The notes beneath the pieces were generated by a model. The model made no database searches and was not told the DNA's origin. It saw nothing but the letters and a program-made list of their open reading frames with translations. Below, in pieces: positions 24,242-33,381 of a stretch of DNA of 64,000 nucleotides (position 1 is its first letter; each line of letters opens with the position of its first letter). A program made the position numbers and the translations under genes. Source of the DNA: Pyrinomonadaceae bacterium (lineage in GTDB: Bacteria; Acidobacteriota; Blastocatellia; Pyrinomonadales; Pyrinomonadaceae); contig JBKBYA010000012.1 of the NCBI GenBank assembly GCA_046313635.1, positions 5,451 to 69,450 of the forward strand. The letters are read 5' to 3'.

Positions 24242-24298
24242 AAAAAATCTATCGATGGCGCGCTAACTGGAATTTTCGAGCCAATTAGCAAATTTCCA

Positions 24299-24327
24299 AT
24301 ACTAGCGGACTCGGCCCGGACGCGCAA
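24299..24327 (-). promoter_or_regulatory. Putative sigma70 promoter of the tRNA-tuf operon
   Basis: TTGCGC-N17-TAGTAT, about 57 nt upstream of tRNA-Tyr. Confidence 0.6.
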
Positions 24328-24409
24328 GCACAGCCGGGCGTTTCTGGCCTCCGAAGTGCAGTTCGGGTAGTTTATCGCGTTTATCGGCCTCGGGCCAAAT
24401 TTAGGCGCG

Positions 24410-25309
24410 TTACGACCCGCCGTCGCGCGATCTGGCCCGCGGGTGAAACCGCTCGTACGATCGCCTCAGGTGCGCGTCGGTCATGTGGGTGTAGATCTGC
24501 GTCGTCGAGATATCGGCGTGACCGAGCATCTGCTGGACCGAGCGAATATCGGCGCTGTTCTGAATGAGATGCGTCGCGAACGAGTGCCTCAGCGTGTGCG
24601 GCGACACGCCCTCGAGCCCGCAATCCTCGGCATATCTCCTGATCGAGTCGTAGATGATCTGACGATTGATCGGCCGGCCGTGCGGCGTAACAAAGAGGTT
24701 CTCGACCTCGATATTTTCCTTTTGCCGGCGGAGGACCAGATAGCTCTTGAGCCACTCGACGGCGCTCGTGCCGACGGGCACGCGGCGCGTCTTGCCGCCC
24801 TTGCCGGTCGTCGTCAGCAGGCCGAGATCGAGGTCGATGTCCTTGAGCCGGACGTTCACCGCCTCCGAGACGCGCAGGCCGCTCGCGTACATCAGCTCGA
24901 GGATCGCCCGGTCGCGAAGTCCGGTCTCTGTCGAAGTGTCGGGCTGCGCAAGCAGCGTCTCGATCTCGCCCTGGTTAAGGAATTTCGGAAGGTAAAACCC
25001 CTTCTGCGGAGCGACGAGATCCTCGGCCGGGCTGGCCGTGATGTGGCCGTCCGTCATCAGGAACTTATAAAACCCGCGCATCGAGCTGATCATTCGCCGC
25101 TTTGAATTCTCCGACAGCTTCGCCCCTGCGAGGTCGATCAGCCACTCGCGCAGGTCGCCCCGCGTGAGCGTCAGCAGCTCGAGGCCGTTCTTCTCCGCCC
25201 ACGCTTGAAGCCGCGCCAGATCTCGCTCGTACGCCTCGAGCGAATTCTTTGCGAGGCCTTTTTCGACTTTTAGAAATGAGAGGTATTCGCGGACCAGATC
25301 GCGGGCCAT
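24410..25309 (-). CDS. xerD: Site-specific tyrosine recombinase XerD
   Basis: 299 aa; EKGLAKNSLEAYERDL, RDRAILELMYASGLRVSE, SPHTLRHSFATHL, LGHADISTTQIY. Confidence 0.85.
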   Translation of the reverse strand: MARDLVREYLSFLKVEKGLAKNSLEAYERDLARLQAWAEKNGLELLTLTRGDLREWLIDLAGAKLSENSKRRMISSMRGFYKFLMTDGHITASPAEDLVAPQKGFYLPKFLNQGEIETLLAQPDTSTETGLRDRAILELMYASGLRVSEAVNVRLKDIDLDLGLLTTTGKGGKTRRVPVGTSAVEWLKSYLVLRRQKENIEVENLFVTPHGRPINRQIIYDSIRRYAEDCGLEGVSPHTLRHSFATHLIQNSADIRSVQQMLGHADISTTQIYTHMTDAHLRRSYERFHPRARSRDGGS

Positions 25310-25324
25310 TCGAGAATTCTAGCA

Positions 25325-27070
25325 TTACTCAGGCGACGGCCGGTCGAGTGCGAGATTCGAACGCACCCAGTCCGGGCATCCGTCGACGCGATGGATCTCG
25401 GCGTCGCTTCGGTTGAGCAGATGCCACGCGGCCTTTCGCGACCAGTTAAACGAACGAATATCGTTGGTCTCGCCCAAGCTTCGATACGTAATATGAAGGT
25501 CGACCTTGAGCCGACATTGATCTTCGAGCGTCATCGCCGGCAGCGCCGATACCAAAGCGGGAACCGCGTCGGCACTGAGCTGCGAATAATACGAAGCGTC
25601 AAACTCGCGCCCCTGCTGCATCAACCGTATGTTTGTCCTCGCGATAAAGTCGTCGGGGTTGATCACGTTCGTCGCGCCGAGGATCGTGATCGCCGACCAC
25701 AGCGCTCCCCACGCAAAGTGGTGCCTCGCGCCGCGGAGCACGGTCATTGCGAACCAGCTAAGGACCACCGCCAGCCAGATCATAAGTACCATCGGATAAA
25801 ATCTGGCGGTCGTCATTCCGTAGCCAAACTCACCGGTCAAAAGCATCAGCCTCTGAGCGGCCGACGCCATGATCACAAAGAGAAGAGCGATCTGCACGCC
25901 CCCCAGAATGCGAAAGATCCTCTCCGGCCCGCGCGTCTCGCGACGCAGCAGCCAGTGCGACGCCAGCAGCATCGGCAGCACAAGTGCCGCGACCGCGACC
26001 AGCTCGCCGAAGCCGCGCCGGGCGTAGTCGGCCAGCTTGAAATCCGGAGTGCTCTGCACGAGCTCTATCCCGCCGAAAAGATACGGGACCTGAGTGACGA
26101 CAAATCCCAAAAACAGCAGATCGACGAGACCGAGTATGATCACCGTCTCGACCGTGCCGAGCGTAAAGACGGACGGGAGCTTTGAATTGTCGAAATTTTG
26201 CCAGTCGCGTCGCTGCTCGGCTGGCTGAGACTGCGGCACTTCGGGCGGGTCGCTGCGGTTGATGTGTTCGAGAACGGTAGCGTTATCGGGCAGCGGCCCA
26301 GACCCCGCCGGATGTTCTGACTCGAGGTCGACGACCGAACCGGCATTCGAAGCGTCCGCTTTCGGTATCGGCGAAGTGTCGGGCCGCACCGGCTTTCGGC
26401 CGGAGAACGGCACAAATAGAACGCCGCGAAAGTACCCGGCCGTCAGCCACGCCAAAGCCGAGGTGAGCATCACGTGCCCGACCACAACGTCGATGTCGAA
26501 ATTCAAAGCGCGATTGACCCAGGCTTCAAACACCGCGTCCGCCGCCATGAACAGACCGCCAAAGATCAGCAGCAAAGGCATCGCGATCGCCAGACCTCGT
26601 AGCACGGCAAAAATGTTTCGACTCAGACGTCCGCCGGGCATCGACTTCCAATCGACGTCGGCCCCGAGCAGCAGCAGTCCGCCGAAGGCGCTGCTCAGGC
26701 CGGCCGCGATCACGCCGGCGATGTAATGAAACGCTCCGGCTATCCGAGTCTTTATCCCGAAGCTCGAAATAAAGATCACGCCCATGATCGCGATGATCGC
26801 AAACGTGTCAAAGACCCGAAGCTGGATCGAATCGCGGACGAGAAACATCAACGCGAAGAACACCATCGCCGCGACGAGCGCCGCGTTTGTCCCGTTCAGC
26901 ATCTCCGGCCGGTGCCGACGCCACAACACCACCAATCCGACGACGAACGCGGTCACAAAAACAAACGCGTTCAGCCCCCAAGGCACCTGCCGCAGCATCA
27001 CGTTTCCCAACAGCCCGAGCAGCGCGGCCGCCTGTACGATCTCCAAACCTGTTTTTGTTCTTTCGGTCAT
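25325..27070 (-). CDS. Multi-pass membrane protein, DUF4153/DUF4173-like
   Basis: 581 aa; FGGLFMAADAVF, ADYARRGFGEL, YGMTTARF, NPDDFIARTN, LSADAVP. Confidence 0.7.
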   Translation of the reverse strand: MTERTKTGLEIVQAAALLGLLGNVMLRQVPWGLNAFVFVTAFVVGLVVLWRRHRPEMLNGTNAALVAAMVFFALMFLVRDSIQLRVFDTFAIIAIMGVIFISSFGIKTRIAGAFHYIAGVIAAGLSSAFGGLLLLGADVDWKSMPGGRLSRNIFAVLRGLAIAMPLLLIFGGLFMAADAVFEAWVNRALNFDIDVVVGHVMLTSALAWLTAGYFRGVLFVPFSGRKPVRPDTSPIPKADASNAGSVVDLESEHPAGSGPLPDNATVLEHINRSDPPEVPQSQPAEQRRDWQNFDNSKLPSVFTLGTVETVIILGLVDLLFLGFVVTQVPYLFGGIELVQSTPDFKLADYARRGFGELVAVAALVLPMLLASHWLLRRETRGPERIFRILGGVQIALLFVIMASAAQRLMLLTGEFGYGMTTARFYPMVLMIWLAVVLSWFAMTVLRGARHHFAWGALWSAITILGATNVINPDDFIARTNIRLMQQGREFDASYYSQLSADAVPALVSALPAMTLEDQCRLKVDLHITYRSLGETNDIRSFNWSRKAAWHLLNRSDAEIHRVDGCPDWVRSNLALDRPSPE

Positions 27071-27082
27071 GGCTTAGTGCTC

Positions 27083-27472
27083 CTACTGTTTTGAGGAGGC
27101 GTTCTTCATCGCGTTGATCAACGCTTCCATGTGGTTGAGATATCGCTCGACGGCGGCGCGGCCTTCGGCGGTGATGATGTACTCGGTGAGCGGCATACGG
27201 CCTTTGAACGACTTTTCGCAGGTGATGTAGCCCGCCTCTTCGAGCTTGCGTGCGTGGACCGAGATATTGCCGTCGGTCGTGTCGAGCAGCCGTTTTAGAT
27301 CGCCGAAGCTGAGCCGCTCGTTCGCCGCGAGCGCGCTGATGATGCCAAGCCGCATACGCTCGTGGATGACCTTGTCGAGCTCGCCCGAGACGGTGCCCGC
27401 AGCCTTCTCCACGCGCAGGGCCTCGCGCCCGCCGCTGCCCGAACCGTCGATCGCTAGATTTTTCTTACCCAT
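27083..27472 (-). CDS. Winged-helix transcriptional regulator (HTH_34/MarR-like)
   Basis: Start MGKKN (ATG 27472); LDKVIHERMRLGIISAL, TDGNISVHARKLEEAGYI, KSFKGRMPLTEY. Confidence 0.85.
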   Translation of the reverse strand: MGKKNLAIDGSGSGGREALRVEKAAGTVSGELDKVIHERMRLGIISALAANERLSFGDLKRLLDTTDGNISVHARKLEEAGYITCEKSFKGRMPLTEYIITAEGRAAVERYLNHMEALINAMKNASSKQ

Positions 27473-27489
27473 TGTGTTTTGTAACGTAC

Positions 27490-27795
27490 TCAGTTGCCCG
27501 CGAGCGGCGTCCCGATGAGTCCGACCGCGAGCTCGGCCCAGATGACAAAGAGCAGCATCAAGACCGCACCGCATATGATCAGACGGTACCTAAGCTCTCT
27601 GACCCTTCGCATCACGAGCTCGCATGCGAGTCCGGCGCCGAGCAGCAGGACGCCCGCGACGACAAAATCGAAAGGCGACCACTTCACCTCATCGGTAAAC
27701 CTCATCGCGGCGGCCGGTATGAGCAGCAGCACCGCGACGACGAAAACGATCGCCGCGAGCCTGATGTTTTGAGTCTTCAATGCCGTTCCGTTCAT
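27490..27795 (-). CDS. Small membrane protein (3 TM)
   Basis: Start MNGTALK (ATG 27795); AMRFTDEVKWSPFDFVVAG...WAELAVG. Confidence 0.75.
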   Translation of the reverse strand: MNGTALKTQNIRLAAIVFVVAVLLLIPAAAMRFTDEVKWSPFDFVVAGVLLLGAGLACELVMRRVRELRYRLIICGAVLMLLFVIWAELAVGLIGTPLAGN

Positions 27796-27806
27796 CGCTC
27801 TGACCT

Positions 27807-28427
27807 CTATCCTCCGAAACGCCTGGCGATGATCGCCCCAAAGACGATGTGCACCGCGCCAAAGCTCGCTCCCATCAAGATGTCCTTGCAGCCCGCCGGC
27901 AGCGCGAACGCCGTCGCTCCGAGCGCGATGAATATCCATCCCATCACGGGAACGACCCGCACCGAGAATGCCCCGCCCGTCGCGACCGCCGAGCCGTAGA
28001 GAAGCATCCAGACCGGCGCCATCATTTCGTAATGCTCATAACGCCAAAGTCCGAGCGTGATCACGACGCCGGCCGCGAGCGGCGGCGCAAAGCCTAAAGC
28101 GAACTTTCGCGCCGGCACCGAGACGATCGACGTTCCGGCGAGCTTGGATTTTTGCCACATCGCGAGCAGGCCGATCGCAAATGCGAGACACGCCTCGGTC
28201 AGCCAGACGACCAACCAGTCGCGCAGGTAGATCTGCTGCGCTCCGATGTACGCGGCCGCGATCGCGGTCACGCCCATCAGCATCCCGCCATAGCCCGGCA
28301 CCGCCGTGAAGTGCGTCGATCGCTCCATCGTCTCGCGAATGAACTCGAGATTCTCCATCGCGCGGTCGCTGATATTGACCGGTGCCTGCGGTTCCTGCTG
28401 ATCACTCCTGGCGGCTTTGAGAGTCAT
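27807..28427 (-). CDS. Membrane protein (about 6 TM)
   Basis: Start MTLKAA (ATG 28427); NLEFIRETMERS...FTAVPG, FGAVHIVFG; a type found with HTH_34 regulators. Confidence 0.75.
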   Translation of the reverse strand: MTLKAARSDQQEPQAPVNISDRAMENLEFIRETMERSTHFTAVPGYGGMLMGVTAIAAAYIGAQQIYLRDWLVVWLTEACLAFAIGLLAMWQKSKLAGTSIVSVPARKFALGFAPPLAAGVVITLGLWRYEHYEMMAPVWMLLYGSAVATGGAFSVRVVPVMGWIFIALGATAFALPAGCKDILMGASFGAVHIVFGAIIARRFGG

Positions 28428-28437
28428 ATCGAGTGAG

Positions 28438-28485
28438 AGAATATGCCAGCTTGTCGTCGCCGTCAAGTACTTTATGTCGTAAAGT
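28438..28485 (-). promoter_or_regulatory. Promoter with adjacent palindromic operator
   Basis: TTGACG-N17-TATTCT; palindrome ACTTTA-N5-TAAAGT (28469-28485) directly upstream of the -35. Confidence 0.6.
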
Positions 28486-28657
28486 CTTGACGATCTCCTG
28501 TTCGTTCGCGCATCGGGAACGGCAGACTTGCGAAACCTTTTCCGATGTCGGGCCTTCCTTTTTTTTATGTGACACGTTCGACGGGCCCGGCCGCGGTCAA
28601 TGCCGTTGTGGTGGCAGGAGGTCGTTGAGCAGAATGTTCCAGTTGATCTCGGGACGA

Positions 28658-30688
28658 TTATCGAGCTGCGGCCGCCACTTGTCTCCTGAGCTCGAGGATC
28701 TCGCGGTCGGATGAGCCGGCGGTGTTATCCAAAAACTTGCGCGCGGTTTGGCCTGCGAGGCCCGATTCACCCATTTCGGCATAGAGGCTGTAAAGCAGAA
28801 AAAGCGAACGCTGGCACGCCGCGCCCGATGCGGCGTCGGCGAGCGAAGCGGCGGCGTTAAGCTCGGTGAGAGCTGCATCTCTTTGACCGGCGGTGTAGAG
28901 CACGACGGCCGCGTTCGTCATCAGTTCGCAGCGTGCGAATGGAAACTCGTCTGCCGCCGAGCGAAGCGTCTCGACCGCCTGCTCGATATCGCCTCTCGCC
29001 GCCGCCGTCGCCGCATCGCGGATCGCCGCACGAGGCGACCGGCCGAGCGGCTCGGACGAATACGGGAAATTGTCGGGCGCAAAAGAGCGTTCGTCGGCGA
29101 TCATCATTCGCGCGTCGCGAATGCGATCGAGCACGGGCAAATTGCCGGTACGCCGCGCTTCGCTCTCGAACGCCGCCAGACGGTCGGCCGGCTTGAAATA
29201 ACGCTCCGCAATTGTCGCCCGCCGAAAGCTCGCCTCCGCACCGCCGGCAAATTTATCCGCGGCGATGTAGATCGCTGCGGCCGCGATCGCTACCGAGCCT
29301 GCAATCCCCGCAGCAAACGCGTTGCGACGCGACGCTTTCGCTGACAGCAAGACCGCTACCGCCGCGAGCACGACGATCACCGGAACAAAATTCCACGCCG
29401 CGTTCGCCGCTCCCATAACATTCGCGAGATTCGGAACGAACCAATTCTCCCGCACGATCAGCGGCGCCCAGAACTGCAGATGCGGAACGGCGAATTCCGG
29501 CGGCGCAAAAGGAAATGTCAACGCCGGGATCACGTTGAGCGAGACCGATACGCCGAACAGAATGCCGGCGAGCAGCGACGGCGCGATCCGATCGTTTTCG
29601 CCGGCGGCGAACCACGGCTCCATCAGCAGCGGCACCGCGAGCAAGATGTACCGCGGGCCGAACGACCATCCGCCATGCGCCGCGCCGTGACCTGAGATCG
29701 CGAGGATCGTGACGGCGGCCGCGGCCAGCGCGATCCGCATGCGAGACGATCGCCGCAGTTCGGCGTTTCGAGCAAACGCGATCAGCGGCACGATCAGTAC
29801 GGGCGCGGTAAAGAGCAGCCCGCGGCTCGGCGACAGCAGGAGCAGATACAAATTGGCGAGACTCGGCAGCCCGATCCCGAACGCTCCGCGGCCCGCGACC
29901 TCGGCCCATTGCGGAAAGCTCTCGTGCGCGTACGACATCGACAGCGGCGAGCCGAAGAGCGCGTAGTTGTACCAAGCCAACAAAAGAGCGAACGGCACGC
30001 CGCCAAGAACGAAATTCAAGATCCGCCGCAGCCGCGCGTCCGTGCCGGTGACCAATATCCCGACCGCAAAGACCGCCGTCGCAAATACTGCCGGAAACTC
30101 CGACAGCACGGCGAGCCCGCACAGCGAACCGGCGATCGCACATTCGCGCGGCGAACCGCGCGTCTCGTCAAACAGCAGGCGAAATGCAAAGTAGATCGCG
30201 ACCGCCGCCAGCACGTGCGAAAACAGCAGCAGCCCGTAAACAAAGAGCGGCGTCGCAAAAAGCAGCGCCGCGACCGGCATCTCGCCTGCCCCGTTTCTCA
30301 GCAGCCACCACGCGAGCAGCAGCAGCGGCAGAGTCGATATGACGAGCCGCATCGCAAACCAGCTTATTCGGATATTCGACGCGTCGGGCGGACCGACGAA
30401 GATGCGCATCAGGGCGTAGACGGGTGCCGCGATAACGGCGGGTGCGGGAGCTTTGTTTGAATAGTATCGTCCGTCGATCGTCGACGTATCGACGTTTGGG
30501 CCGACAAGCGGCGCGGTCCAGCCGATATCGAACGAACCTTTTTCGACAAGCGACGCCGCGGTCGCCCAGCGCGTCAATTCGTTGTCCGACCCGCCGTGCG
30601 GAAACATCGGCAGCAGGTAGATCGCCAGCGCAAGATAAGCCGCCGGCAGGGCGATCGACCATGGCAAGACTCGCTTACCTTTTTGCAC
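28658..30688 (-). CDS. Polytopic membrane protein, GT-C/ArnT-like, with TPR-like C-terminus
   Basis: 676 aa; many TM segments, YYSNKAP, SPSRGLLF, GGWSFGPRY; helical Ala-rich C-terminal region. Confidence 0.55.
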   Translation of the reverse strand: MQKGKRVLPWSIALPAAYLALAIYLLPMFPHGGSDNELTRWATAASLVEKGSFDIGWTAPLVGPNVDTSTIDGRYYSNKAPAPAVIAAPVYALMRIFVGPPDASNIRISWFAMRLVISTLPLLLLAWWLLRNGAGEMPVAALLFATPLFVYGLLLFSHVLAAVAIYFAFRLLFDETRGSPRECAIAGSLCGLAVLSEFPAVFATAVFAVGILVTGTDARLRRILNFVLGGVPFALLLAWYNYALFGSPLSMSYAHESFPQWAEVAGRGAFGIGLPSLANLYLLLLSPSRGLLFTAPVLIVPLIAFARNAELRRSSRMRIALAAAAVTILAISGHGAAHGGWSFGPRYILLAVPLLMEPWFAAGENDRIAPSLLAGILFGVSVSLNVIPALTFPFAPPEFAVPHLQFWAPLIVRENWFVPNLANVMGAANAAWNFVPVIVVLAAVAVLLSAKASRRNAFAAGIAGSVAIAAAAIYIAADKFAGGAEASFRRATIAERYFKPADRLAAFESEARRTGNLPVLDRIRDARMMIADERSFAPDNFPYSSEPLGRSPRAAIRDAATAAARGDIEQAVETLRSAADEFPFARCELMTNAAVVLYTAGQRDAALTELNAAASLADAASGAACQRSLFLLYSLYAEMGESGLAGQTARKFLDNTAGSSDREILELRRQVAAAAR

Positions 30689-31559
30689 CTTTTTGCTTCT
30701 CGATCAGCTCGGCCATATTCTCGACAGGCGGGGCGGCCGGGTCCGCGACGGCAAAGGTCAGACGCTTGCCCTGCATCTGAAAGTTTCGGCCGTTCCATCT
30801 GTAGCTAGTCCGCGTAAAGTGCGTCGGGCAGCAGAGCTGTTCTTCGTCGCCGGTGATCTTGAGCGTCTCGGTTTCGCCGAGCAGGAATCGGTCCTGCCCG
30901 TATAGCTCGACGACGAGCCGGCCGTCCTCGCCGCGAATATCCTTGAGCCCGCCGTCGGCGCGGTCGCCCGTGCGAAAGTACCAGATCAGCTCGGGCTGGC
31001 CGTCCCGCCACTCGTAAATGTAAACGACCTGCGGTATCGCCGAGCCGGTCGTCTCGATCTTGAGAATGACGACGGCCTCGTCCTGCCCGTCGCCGGTTGC
31101 GTCAAAGAATTTTGTCGCGACGTACGACGCTCCGATGCGTCGTCGTGCCTTTCGCTCGGCAAGCTCCTCGGGCTCCATATCGATGTCGGTATCGATCGAG
31201 ACGGGCTCGATCTTTCCGTTCGCGAGGACGAGATCGCTTCCGTCAGGGTTTTGCCAGCCGCGCGGCAGCGGGTAGGTGTGATTCTTGAAATCGACATTCG
31301 CGAGCGGCGAGGCGGTCGTGCGGTTACGCTCGTCGAGCAGCTCGGCCTGAAGGTTTGGGAATGGAGATGGCGACCGCTCCGGCTCGGCGGCGGGCGGCGG
31401 TACATTCTCGCTGTCGCGAGAACCCGCCGACACCGAAGGGCTTGCGAGACGCTGCGGCGTCGCTTCGCTCCCTGAGCTGCGTGTGCATGACGCCCCGACC
31501 GCGGACGCAACGGCCGCGGTCGCAACGAGTCCTGCGATGGTCGCTTTTCGAAACGTCAT
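30675..31559 (-). CDS. Putative lipoprotein
   Basis: 294 aa; signal peptide ending AVGAS-C, Pro/Ser linker, DATGDGQDEAVV loop, QLCCP. Confidence 0.7.
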   Translation of the reverse strand: MTFRKATIAGLVATAAVASAVGASCTRSSGSEATPQRLASPSVSAGSRDSENVPPPAAEPERSPSPFPNLQAELLDERNRTTASPLANVDFKNHTYPLPRGWQNPDGSDLVLANGKIEPVSIDTDIDMEPEELAERKARRRIGASYVATKFFDATGDGQDEAVVILKIETTGSAIPQVVYIYEWRDGQPELIWYFRTGDRADGGLKDIRGEDGRLVVELYGQDRFLLGETETLKITGDEEQLCCPTHFTRTSYRWNGRNFQMQGKRLTFAVADPAAPPVENMAELIEKQKGAKR

Positions 31560-31562
31560 TGA

Positions 31563-33251
31563 TCAGGCGCGCGTGAGACTCCTGTACTTGATACGGTGCG
31601 GCTGGTCGGCATCGTGGCCGAGACGGCGTTTGCGGTCGGCCTCGTATTCGCTGTAGTTGCCGTCAAAGTACTCGACGCGGCTGTCGCCCTCGAAGGCCAG
31701 AATGTGAGTCGCGATGCGGTCGAGGAACCAGCGGTCGTGACTGATCACGACGGCGCAGCCGGCAAAATTCTCAAGCGCTTCTTCGAGTGCGCGCATCGTG
31801 TTGACATCGAGATCGTTGGTCGGCTCGTCGAGCAGTATGACGTTGGCGCCGCTCTTGAGCATCTTTGCGAGATGAACGCGGTTGCGTTCGCCGCCCGACA
31901 ACTGCCCGACGCGCTTCTGCTGGTCCGAGCCCGAAAAGTTGAATCGCGAGACGTACGCCCGAGAATTCACCTCACGACGCCCAAGCTGCAGCACGTCGGC
32001 CCCGTCGGAGATCTCCTCCCAGATGGTCTTGTCGGCGCTGAGCGAGTCGCGCGACTGGTCGACGTAGCCGAGCTTGACCGTCGGGCCGACGCGGAACGAG
32101 CCTGCGTCGGGCTGCTCCTGGCCGGTTATCAGGCGAAAGAGCGTGGTCTTGCCGGCGCCGTTCGGCCCGATCACGCCGACGATGCCGCCGGGCGGCAGAG
32201 AGAAATTCAAATTCTCAAAAAGCAGACGGTCGCCGTACGACTTGGTCACGCCCTCGGCCTCGATGACGAGATCGCCGAGCCGCTCGCCGGGCGGGATAAA
32301 GATCTCGAGCTCCTCGGCGCGCTTTTCCGACTCCTGCGAGACAAGCTTTTCGTAATCGTTGATGCGGGCTTTGGACTTTGCGTGGCGGCCCTTGGGCGAC
32401 ATCCTGATCCATTCGAGCTCGCGCTGCAAAGTCTTTGCACGCTTGTCGTCGGCTTTTTGTTCCTTTTCTAAACGCTGTTCTTTTTGCTCGAGCCAGGACG
32501 AGTAATTTCCCTTCCACGGGATGCCCTCGCCCCGGTCGAGCTCGAGTATCCAGCCCGCGACGTTGTCGAGAAAGTAGCGGTCGTGCGTCACCGCGATGAC
32601 CGTGCCCTCGTAACGCTGCAGATGCTGCTCGAGCCAGGCCACGGTCTCGGCGTCGAGATGGTTGGTCGGCTCGTCGAGCAGGAGAATGTCTGGCTTTTGC
32701 AGCAGCAGGCGGCAGAGCGCAACGCGGCGCTTTTCGCCGCCCGAGAGATTCTTGACGGGCGTGTCGGGCGGCGGGCAGCGAAGCGCGTCCATCGCCATCT
32801 CGAGCCGCGAATCCAGGTCCCAGGCGTCGGCGGCATCGAGCTTCTCTTGGACCGCGCCTTGCCGCTCGATGAGCTTGTTCATCTCGTCGTCGTCCATCGG
32901 CTCGGCAAATTTGGCGTTGATCTCCTCAAATTCCTTGAGCAGGTCGACCACGTCCTGCGCGCCTTCTTCGACGATCTCGCGAACGGTCTTGTTCTCGTCG
33001 AGCCGCGGCTCCTGCTCGAGGTAGCCGACCGTGTAGCCGGGCGAGAAGACGACCTCGCCGTTGATGTCCTTGTCGATGCCGGCGATGATCCGCAGCAGGC
33101 TCGACTTGCCCGCGCCGTTCAGACCGAGCACACCGATCTTTGCGCCGTAAAAGAAGGAGAGATAGATGTCTTTGAGGACGGGCTTTTTGTCGTAGAACTT
33201 GCTGACCTTGACCATCGAAAAGATGATCTTGTTGGGTTCGTTATTGCTCAT
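31563..33251 (-). CDS. ettA: Energy-dependent translational throttle protein EttA (ABC-F)
   Basis: 562 aa; two ABC domains, [47 protein letters not shown]. Confidence 0.95.
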   Translation of the reverse strand: MSNNEPNKIIFSMVKVSKFYDKKPVLKDIYLSFFYGAKIGVLGLNGAGKSSLLRIIAGIDKDINGEVVFSPGYTVGYLEQEPRLDENKTVREIVEEGAQDVVDLLKEFEEINAKFAEPMDDDEMNKLIERQGAVQEKLDAADAWDLDSRLEMAMDALRCPPPDTPVKNLSGGEKRRVALCRLLLQKPDILLLDEPTNHLDAETVAWLEQHLQRYEGTVIAVTHDRYFLDNVAGWILELDRGEGIPWKGNYSSWLEQKEQRLEKEQKADDKRAKTLQRELEWIRMSPKGRHAKSKARINDYEKLVSQESEKRAEELEIFIPPGERLGDLVIEAEGVTKSYGDRLLFENLNFSLPPGGIVGVIGPNGAGKTTLFRLITGQEQPDAGSFRVGPTVKLGYVDQSRDSLSADKTIWEEISDGADVLQLGRREVNSRAYVSRFNFSGSDQQKRVGQLSGGERNRVHLAKMLKSGANVILLDEPTNDLDVNTMRALEEALENFAGCAVVISHDRWFLDRIATHILAFEGDSRVEYFDGNYSEYEADRKRRLGHDADQPHRIKYRSLTRA

Positions 33252-33381
33252 ATGAAACCGAAAGAATCTTTACCTTATCACTTCGCCCGCACCGCGAAAA
33301 AATCAGGCCCGGGCTGCAGTGCCCGCGGCCGCACCGATTGAATGCTCCGCAGAAGGCGACTAAACTTCTAGCTTCACGCCG

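Noticed and set aside
24410..25309. Tyrosine recombinase next to a tRNA cluster as a possible island integrase
   Set aside because: Length and motifs fit housekeeping XerD, it lies on the 5' side of the tRNAs, and no duplicated tRNA 3' end was seen
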